Assembly: GCA_002104945.1 (NCBI GenBank)
Contig: MCFH01000015.1
Span: 372,001 to 436,000, forward strand
Length of the DNA stretch: 64,000 nucleotides
Direction of reading: 5' to 3'
Source: Piromyces finnis finn
Lineage: Eukaryota > Fungi > Neocallimastigomycota
Shown: positions 53,927 through 64,000 of the stretch, piece by piece
Numbering within the stretch: position 1 is the stretch's first letter
Layout: each line of letters opens with the position of its first letter
The notes under the pieces: model-generated
What the model was told of the DNA's origin: nothing
Seen by the model: the letters and a program-made list of their open reading frames with translations, nothing else
The model's database searches: none
Made by a program: the position numbers and the translations under genes

Positions 53927-56900
53927 TTTGAACACTTATGACCATAAAAGAGATTTTCCATTACCAATACATCCATTCTTATATTCTTACCACTATTTGG
54001 ATTTTTAATACCAAATCGATAAATACCATATATTTTTGCTAAAGATGTAGGAGTCTGCATTTAAATAAAAATAAAATAATAATAATTATATTAATAATAA
54101 TTTAAAAAAAAAATTTTTTTTTTTTATAATCTATTATTTATCGTTTTAAACTTGAAAATTTACTTTATTGTAGAAAACATTATTTAAATATTCAAAGTAT
54201 TCATCAGCAAATTTAAGGAAGGCATCCATTTCTGGTCTAGATAATTGTTTTACAATGAATCTATCATCTAAATATTTATTAATAATATATATAAAAAAAT
54301 AAAAAAAAATTAATATTATTTATGTTTTTTATTTATATATATAGTTCTCTTTTAAAAAAAAAAAAAAAAATTACCTCTAGTTTTTAAAAAGGCTGAACCT
54401 GATTTACCACCATCATTACTCCACTTAAGACAATGAGAAAGGGATTGAATATAAATTTTATCAACACCACAGTTTTTACGAAGATTTTCAAATTTTTCTG
54501 GATAAAATATTTTACAGAAAATTCTAGTAGAGCCATCCATAAATTCTTTTACATATATAAATAAAAAAAATATTAAAAACAATTACAAAAATAAATATTT
54601 TGGGGGGAATTTATAGTATTAAATACTTACGACATTTTATATGATTATCAGTTTTAGATTTATAAATGGATTCATTATCATTATTAGGACGTTCATCTTC
54701 TTCGGAAAGTATACCATTAGCATTATTAGTATTATTAAGGTTATTATTCACATTACTATTATTATTAGTATCGGTTGAATTATTGCTGGTACCATTATGA
54801 TTACCAATAATTTCATCAATAATTTTATGAACCTTATTTTCATCATTGTTTGATTCGGTAACACCACGAGTGGTATTTTCCTCATCAGGGACATTGTCAT
54901 CATTGACAATTCCAGAGGCATTACTATGGGTAGGAAGTGCGGAATTTTGGGTTTCGACAAGATTAGTAGAGCCATTCGTAGTATTAACATTACTACCATT
55001 AGTAACAGCACTGACAGGAGTATTTAAATTTTCAGAATCTACAGCACTATTAACGGATGTAGTGGTGGCATAGGAAGTCAAGGCATTAATAATTGAACCA
55101 TTATGACCAACGGAATGAATAGAATTATTATGACGTCTTGGAAGAGATTGTGGTTGAAATTGTTGCTGTTGTTGAAGAAGACTATTACGGTATTCACGTG
55201 AATTAAGAGCAAAGGCAATGACTGAGCTTGGTTCATCCTCACGAACAATAACTAAAGATCCACGGAAGATATGTTGATCCGGTGGGAATGGATAATCAAG
55301 GGGTGAGAAATGGGAAGAATTGGTCCAGAATTGAGATAATGTTTTCATGATAGACATTTTTTCAATTTCTGTATCGGTTTCATTATCACTTTCATTGTTA
55401 TAGGTGAGAGGAGTGACGCTGATGACATCAGTAATATCTAATGGTAAATCATACTCAAGAGAGGTCAACGCCAAGTTGTTATCTTTAGAATTTCTATCGG
55501 TGAGAGAAAGTGGAGGAGAAGTGAGAATGTTTTCTTCATTTTCTGGTTTATCATGGCGTGAATCGAAACGATTACCATTTTCAAGATCCATCTTAACACG
55601 TTGTTCTTTCACCGAATTTGTACGTTTTAATTTATGTATAGAGTTGGTACGAAGGAATACTGAAGTTGTCGGATTAGGCATGGATGGTCTTATGTCAGAC
55701 ATAATGGTTGTAGCATTATCAGCTGTTTCAGACACAAGAAGAGAATCAATATACTCCATTTCAAGAAGAGGACTATTTTGTTCTGCATCGTCATCCATTT
55801 GGAATTTTTGATCATGACTTTTGGCATCACTTTCTAAAAAGGTATTCTTACTGTAAATAGAGGAAGTGTCAAGAGTAGGATCCGTTTTAACACGTTGTGG
55901 AGAACCAGGTAATATCATAAGGGATTCATTCATACTATTCTTCTTTTCCATAATAATAGATTCCGGTTCAATACCAACATCTTCAGAATTTGCGTTGTTT
56001 AAACTGTCTGAAATAATTGGAAGAGCATCATCGATTAAATGTGAAAAGTTAGTAATATTAGTATTTATCTTTAATGAAGTATTTTCCTTTTTATCATCAT
56101 CATCCTTAAAGGTAAGTAAATTCTTGTCAATTTCTACAGGTGCAATGTTATTGTCATCATTATTATCATCATTTTTAATGACATTCATAAAAAGATAGTT
56201 ACTATCAACTGGTGAACCAAATACTGAAGAAATAGATTTTAATTTGTGTTTACCATTAAAGAAGGGATGATCCTTGAATGGAGAAAAAGAATTTTCCATT
56301 AAAAGCATTTGAATTCTTCCATAAGAATATGGATCATTATCAAAACGACCACCGGAATGATTAATTAATAGAGATCTGGAACGAGATCTTCTGGCCTTAT
56401 TGATCTTCATTTTTCTTAATTTATTTGTAGTAAGAGATTTCATATTAAATTTATGAAGGCTATTTCTCTTTACATCTTCTTTGCTTTCAACAACCTTTTC
56501 ATCTTCTTCTTCCTCTTCTTCATCATCACCATCTTCTCCTTCTTCTTCATCTAATTCATTACGATCATTCATACTTTCTATTTCGTCTTCTTCTTCATCT
56601 TCTTCAACCGCATCCTTGGCATCTAATTTTCCCATTTCTAAATCAAATTCAATGTTATTATCATTTTCAGTGACATTGGCATTAGCATTGGCATTTTCTT
56701 CTTTTTCTTTCATTAGCTCCTTTACACCCTCCAATGATTCATTATGATTAACAATGGATTGAAGAGGTGAAGATTGCGATGGAGAATTGCCTAATTCAGG
56801 GAAGGATATTGATATATCACGACTTGGTTTCATCATAGGATCAGTGGAATCATCACGTCCAACGGTCATATAATCATTTTTGGTGACAAAAGCGTGTTTT

Positions 56901-59900
56901 AATTGAATACGTTTGTTAAATTCACGATCTAATTGGAAATACTTTTGAGAAAAGGCTTCAAAATCATTATCATATTCCGAAATTTTTTCTTGTAAAACGT
57001 GTACAACATTGTTAAGGGAAAGAACATCAGCGGGTGTTGAAGCAAAAGCAGTGTGTTGAAGTAATTCCAACATTTGAGCCTTTTCTACAACAATACGACG
57101 ATTCATTCCTGCAATTTCTTCCTTGGCTTCTTGTAATTTTGAGGATGGAACATATTTTAAATAAATGTTTTTAATTCGTTCGGATACCGAATTATAATAC
57201 TTGGTAATGTATTGCTTAATGGTATTAACATCATTTTGTTTATTCTTTAAATTGGCTTCTGGACGATACTTTATTTTTATAGGAGGAAGAGAAACTTCAA
57301 AAAGTTCAATTGGATTATATTCAAATTTAATGACTTTATTTTGATATCCAAAACAACGAATATGATTTTTGACAATGTTATGTGGACAGCTATTGGCACG
57401 ACTTGACATGAAAGAATGATAAAATGCTAATTCTAAATATTTACCAAAAGAAAACATCCAAGTTTCCTCCGACATTGGAACAAAAGGTATCACTTGTTGA
57501 CAAATTTTACACTGACTCCACATAATAATCATATTTTCCATAGCTTCAGCAGGACATTCCATATCTTCCATGACAACAGTTACCTTGGCATTTCCGTTAA
57601 TAAAAGTACGCTTGTGTTGACAAAGAGGTTTCATACACACTTGACATAGATCATTGGCATGTTTACAAATACCTTCTAAATATTGACCCAAGGTTTGATC
57701 AGATTTACTATAATAGGTACATTTAACCATCTTAATTAATTCACAAGGTACAGGGAAGCCTGTAATACAAGAACGGTATAAATAAGAAATACTTAAATGA
57801 CCAAAAGGATTCATCAAATTGGTATTCTTAAATTTATTAATATAATTATTGGTAATAAAAATCTCATCATTAGAAATTTCTTCTTTTACTGCAGACATAG
57901 GAGAGACCGTTGCTGAAACAAGGGAATTAGTTTCAGATACTTGAGCATGTTGTTTTTTTAATTCATGGAAATAATTAACTTCTTCTTTCATTTTCTTTGT
58001 AATTAAATAAGGTGGTGGGAAAATGACATGAGGTGAACAGGAAAGAATACGAGTTGAAAAGATCTTATAAAGTTTAGTGTATTGACCTTCTTCATTTTCA
58101 TTATCAATGATATCAATATCAGAAGAATATGGAATAGACATACAATCATCATCTATTATAAAATAAAATAAAAAGAAAATAGATTGTGTTAAATTTTAAT
58201 ATACTTTTTATATTCATGAAATAAACAAGGATTAACTATGAAAAAAAATATTGTTTTATTTCCGAATAAAATAATGGTTTTTTAATAATAATACTAAAAA
58301 AAAAAAAATCCAAAAATAATCATTTCTTTAAAACAATAAATAATATAAAATTAAAAAAAAAAAAAAAAAAAATTACCTGTTTTAGTATTGGAAGAGGTGG
58401 CATCTGTTTCAACCAATTCACTTGTTGGATTTTCCATATTACTATAATTATCATCAACGGTAGTGGCATTACCAGTAGCACCAATGGTTGTCAAAAGATG
58501 ACTAGAAGGAGAACTAGCAATAAAATGTTCATCTAATTCACTTTCCGTTTTAATATGAGCATATTTATCGGTGAGTACCTTCTTTATAAAATGATAGCAA
58601 GAATTATAATACTTTTCTGGACTCATTGCAAATTCGTCACGCATCAAATACGTTTCTAATTTTAAGTTATAAACGACAAAGGCAATAAATTTGGTAATCA
58701 TTTTAATTTTCTTCAAGGTTTCTATTTCTCCACCACGTAAAACAATTGTACCTCCTAAATCTCTTGGACAGCCATCAAAGAAAAGGAATGTTTTTTTCTT
58801 ACCTGGAATGAGATCATTTAAAAAGGTTTTCACTGAAAAAATACCACAAGTACCTAATTTAGGTTCTAAAACTAATTTATCAATTGAATTTAAAATATCC
58901 GCTTGAGTATAACGAGCAATATATTGCATTACACTTGGCTTGACATTATAAACAGCAACAATATTTGCTTCTAAAAGGTATTCTAAAGCAATACGAGAAA
59001 TAATCTTTTCCACTAAAACAATATCAGGATTAAGATTCTTTATACGTTGAATTAAGATTCTTAAATGTTCTCGTTCCTGAGAAAGAATAGGTTCCAAAGA
59101 CATAAATTGATTCTCAACTCTTTGATATTCCAATGAAAAAGAAAGTAACAAAATACGAGGATTTTTAATGGTACGAACCATCTTTTTATGGGCTACGTTC
59201 TTAGAACAAACAATACCCTGAACATAATGACTATCACTTGGAACACCACCAGGAATTTTTTTAATCTTGATATACTTTCTAATATCAATATCATCACCAC
59301 GATTTATATTTGGACGAATATTATCACAAACTTTAAGAAGAATATGAGATAAAATTTCTTCCCAGCCTTGGTTTAAATCACAATTATTTTCATATAAAGT
59401 TTGATAGAGTAAATGTTTCTAAAATAGAAATAGAATATATATATATAAATTAAAATCAATGATTAATTTTTAGTATTTTTTTTAAAAATAAAAAAAAAGA
59501 AAAGAAAATGAAAATAAATTTTTTTTATGACGATTAATAGTATATCAATAGTTTATTCTATAGGCTACTATAAAATTACAGTGAAGGGATTTTATTCTAT
59601 TTATTATACTTTACCATATGGAAATAGGATTCAGAGCTAAGTTCTATATTTAATGGTAGAATAAAACTATCTTGATGACCATTGGAAGCAATTAATTCAG
59701 TGGTAGGTGAATTAAGAAGATGAGGTGACATTAAAGATGTATTATAATTAAAATTTGGATCTGATATGGATGTTGGTAGATTGGAGGCATAGGGCAACGC
59801 TCCCTCCTCTAAATTCATTTCTTCTACTGGTAAAACATAAGAAATAGCTGGATTGTTTGGTTTAAATAAGATTTTACTAAGATCATCGGTAGAGGCATTA

Positions 59901-62461
59901 TTAGGAAGGGCATTGACAAATTTCGGAGTACGATTAGCTGCTTTAACACTAGCTTTTTTACGTTGTTGATTTTTCAAAAAAGCAATATGAAGATCATCTC
60001 GAGATTTATTCATCACCATTAATGGCAACTTATTTATACTTGTCATGGATTTAACACTAATAAGATCAGAATCTTCTTCATCACTACTATAGTATTCCGA
60101 TGGAAGAGGCGTTCCGGGGTTACTAATAGCATCATCAACCGTAGTATTTAATATCTTATTCGCTCCAGCCATCATAGTACTTGATATATAACTTAAAATA
60201 GGACTTTGAATCCATTCTTCATCCACTACTTCCCCGACGACATCTTCTTCACCGGCAATAACAACATCACCATTTTCATCAGTAATGTAAGGTACAATAT
60301 CTTGATCCATGGTGTCATTATTCGCATTTATTGATTTAGGGCCATCTTTGTTGGTGAAAGGTGCCATATTCATTGAATTTTCCATATCCTCCATAGCAAC
60401 TAAACTAGACTTTGAACGTACAAGATGGGCCTGTTGAACTGGATAGGGTGGCATTGTACTATTATTGGACTTGTTACGCTTTATTTGTTCCTGGTAGGAT
60501 GGATCAGGAGAGATAGAATAATATTTTGAGGTCCAAGAATTTTCAACACCATTAACATTGTTGGGATTATTGCTTGGATTACTGATATTGGCAGCATTTT
60601 TAATACTTAGATTAGAAGAAGAGGTATGAATAGGTGGGGTTTTTGGTACCGTATAGGTTAGAGAGGATGCTAGTGAAGCACTAGCAGGATAACTTTCATG
60701 AGAACGGTTTTGTTCATTACGATAGTTCTGAGTAAGTTTTAAACAATAATTACAAACTCTCAAGGTACCAGAATAACCAAATTTCTCACCAGAAATGGTG
60801 GCAGAGGCACATTTATAACAAAAGATTTGTCCACAAATACGACAATGATGCTTACGACGGAAGGTATTGAAATTAATTTTACATTCATAGCATTGTTTAC
60901 AATTTTCATCTTGCATCCAGTACTGTTTAGATTCTCCACTTTTTAACATACTTATGAGTTTCATACTACGTTTATTATCGGGGTTGCTACTTTGACTTGT
61001 GACACTATCGATGGAAGAACGACTATTGGAACGTCTCAAGGATACTTCAGTACCATTACTATTGGTGAAATTTTGATTAGGTGATGTAAAGCTTGTAACA
61101 GCACCAAAAGTACGTTGTTGACTTTTACTACGATTAGTTGTACTAATAGTAGTTGGACCAGACATAGCTAAAGATTCGGCCAATGTAACATCGGATTTAT
61201 TACTGCTTTTACGACGATGACCAGGAATGCTTCCACTATTGGTTCTTATACGGAATTTTGAATGGTAATTTCCAGAATTAATAATTGTATTACTACTAGT
61301 CGTGCTATGGACACTTCCAACGTATGTAGCATTACTTGTGGAATAACGAGTGGCATTAGAAGAAATGGAAGAATTTGAATAGGAGCCAACAGCTGAAATA
61401 GTTCCAACACTTGTTTTATTTTTACTATGAATGGTAGAAATAGGTTGTTGGGAACCGGCTGATGAATTATTATTACCAGCAACATTTGAAGGTGAATAAT
61501 TCTTGGAAGGGAAGTTCCGAATATTGCTTGCAAAAAAAGCAGGCTTAGAATTAACCGAGGTTGGATGATTATTTCTTTGGTTGGTTTGAGCATTTCCCTG
61601 GGTAGAAGATAAAAGGGTCATTGTGGAAGGTGTTGTGGTATTTGAAGCGGTTACTTGAACAGAAGAATTTAATGAAGAGGTTGGATTAGATTTTGTATTA
61701 ACACCGTTGGCATTATTTGTACCGGGGTTGAATACGGATGAGGAAAAATGAGGAACGTGATTTAAAAGTCTGCTTTTAGAATTAGAATTAGAAGTTGAAG
61801 ATCGTAAATTATGATTATTAATAGTATTATGGTTATTATTGTTGTTGTTATTCCAGGATGGAACAATAGCGCTAGATTCTGTGTTGACACTAGCTATACT
61901 ACTAACAGAAGGACGACGATTCATACTGCTAGCCCCTAAAGTTGGTGTTTCTGGATCAGCATTAGTTAAATTTGGTGTAGACGCTGAAGAATCTGGTGCA
62001 TTAGAATTACCATTGATAATAGTAGATGTTGCAATTACATTTTGGGTATAATTAGTGTCAATGGTATGACTACCAGTAGTAGTGTTACTATTATGACGTT
62101 GGCTATTGGTATGGGAAGTGGTACTATATGCACTCCCAGACATATAAGGAGTATTTTTGTTTTTGATGTATGGGGAAAACATTTGAGCAGCAGAAGGATT
62201 ACTACTACTATTTTTCCGACTACGGTTAAGACTGCGATAATCATCATCACGAGCAGCAGCATATTCCTGGAAGGTCATATATTGATCCTGACTACTAGAA
62301 GAAGGAGGTGCTACTGGTATTGCACCTGCATTCGTTGAGGATTCTGGTGCATTTGAAATTGAAGTTCTAAATCGTTGAAAAAATTTTGAAAAAAGACCGC
62401 TTTTCTTTTGTTCTACAGAATCTAATTCAAATGTTGTTAATTCATGAACCTCTGAATTCAT
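53003..62461 (-). CDS. FAB1: 1-phosphatidylinositol-3-phosphate 5-kinase (FYVE, CCT/TCP1-like and PIP kinase domains)
   Basis: FYVE domain: [13 protein letters not shown]...[14 protein letters not shown]...RVCNYC. Chaperonin-like domain: [15 protein letters not shown] and GGTIVLRG. Also FSFGKYLEL. Kinase domain: [28 protein letters not shown] and [21 protein letters not shown] at 62461; stop at 53003-53005. Confidence 0.96.
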
Positions 62462-64000
62462 TTCTATATATATTTATTTTATTTTGACTATTTTATGGTT
62501 GTGTGTTTAATATTAAATTACAGGTGAGGTCTTTTATTCCCTCTAAAGAGTTTTATATATTTTTATATTTTTTTTAAAAAGATAATTTTTTTTTGTAATA
62601 TTATTATTTGTAATAATATATGCTTTAAAAATATTTATTATTTGCTTCGGTTTATTAATTAATTATTAAAATCTTATAGTTCTTGTTGTATAATTCCTGA
62701 TTTTTAAATTGTACTTTTTTTAACAATTGTTAGTTTTATTACTTTAATAATGTTATATATATTATGGTGAGATGGACCATCAAATAATAAGGTATATTAA
62801 AATGAATTTATAATATAAGCTAATAAATTATTTTATCTAATATCAATTAATTAAAATAGTTAATTATAGTTGGGGTTAATACTACCCTCTGTATATAATA
62901 CAATATAATACAATCTATGAATTATATCTTAAAATTTTATCTTTATTATGGGTAGAACCATGGTCATGGTTAATTTTAAAATTTACATTTCAATAATTTC
63001 AAAAATTCCAAGTGGATATAAAGTTTAATAGTTATAATTTTGTTATATGACATTTATATTAATGAAATAAAAATAAAAAAAAAAAAAGAATATAATAAAT
63101 AGGTTATTATGAATATCGAACAGTATAAAATTGTTGAAATTAACACTTTAACCTTTATAAAATATATTTTTGATAAAAACATTTACCTTTTTTATAAAAT
63201 GGTATTTATTATTTTTTTTATGGAATATTTAAATTTAAATAAAGAATAATGAATATTTTACGTGTATTTAGTGTATTTAACATTAGAAATTTAATTGGAA
63301 TATAGGTGTGTTGAAATTTTTATATAATACTATTGAATTGGTGAAATTTTTGAAATAGGTCGATATGTGAATTTAAAATTGTATTTGAATTACTTTTATA
63401 TTGCAAGTATATATATATATACATATATATATTAAATGGAACCATATAAGATACAGGATATATATATATATATGTAAGAAAAAAAAATAATTTTACTTTA
63501 TTTGATTTGAAATTAAAAAAAAAAAAAAACAAAATGCACATTAACTTACATTATATTCTCATTGCTTATTATTATTGTTATTATAATATTTCTTGTTTTT
63601 TTTTTTGTTTGTTTGTTTGTTTGTTTTAATTCTTGTTTTTTTTTTTTGTTTTATTTATATTGTAATATTTAACAAAAAGGGTATGTGTAAAAATGTCTTT
63701 CCAATTAAAATTACAATTTGTAAAATAGTCACTTTATTTGTGTTTTGTATGTAGGTAAAAAGAAAGTAATACATACAATAAAGAGAAACTCTTTTTTTTT
63801 ATTTATTTATTTAAAAAAGTGTTGTTTTGTTTTCTAATAAAAAATCTTTATTGCATTTGGATTACTTTTTTAATTTATCAATTATTTTTAAAATTTATAA
63901 TTTATTTAAAAAAAAAAGTTTTTCCTCTTCTTTTTATTATCAATAATTAATAAAAAAACTTTATTAATTATAATTTAATAAAATATCTAAAAAATAATGA

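Noticed and set aside
54611-62461. FAB1 large exons look somewhat richer in G/C than neighbouring genes
   Set aside because: By eye the difference from TOR is small. The gene is a normal spliced eukaryotic orthologue, so there is no case for horizontal transfer.
9061-62461. Co-location of TOR, FAB1 and an endocytic NAK kinase as a functional cluster
   Set aside because: They are separated by unrelated genes and have no shared elements; chance is sufficient without synteny data.

Overview
Very AT-rich, intron-rich eukaryotic DNA with short GT-AG introns, long poly-A/T runs and (TTA)n microsatellites. It is most consistent with an anaerobic gut fungus (Neocallimastigomycota); this is an inference from composition, gene style and an 18S-like fragment. 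The ORF track shows only single exons, so genes were assembled by hand. Protein-coding genes: an uncharacterised low-complexity protein (305-3442 +); an uncharacterised multi-exon protein (~4211-7870 -); an Ark1/Prk1/AAK1-type NAK kinase (9061-14043 -); TOR (18824-28370 +); a pantothenate kinase-DUF89 fusion (32467-36832 +); a Zn(II)2Cys6 transcription factor (37598-41566 -); an LRR protein (43727-46132 +); Snu114/EFTUD2 (46751-51456 -); and Fab1/PIKfyve (53003-62461 -). The most interesting signals are non-coding. Two box C/D snoRNAs lie in tandem on the minus strand at ~29.0-29.3 kb. Their guides match the 18S sites methylated by human SNORD61 and SNORD110, they have unusual C/D boxes, and they probably sit in introns of a non-coding host transcript. 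A degenerate ~135 bp 18S rDNA fragment lies at ~52.05-52.19 kb. Snu114 carries an SKFD G4 motif in place of NKxD. No CRISPR array, intact transposon or prokaryote-style system was seen.
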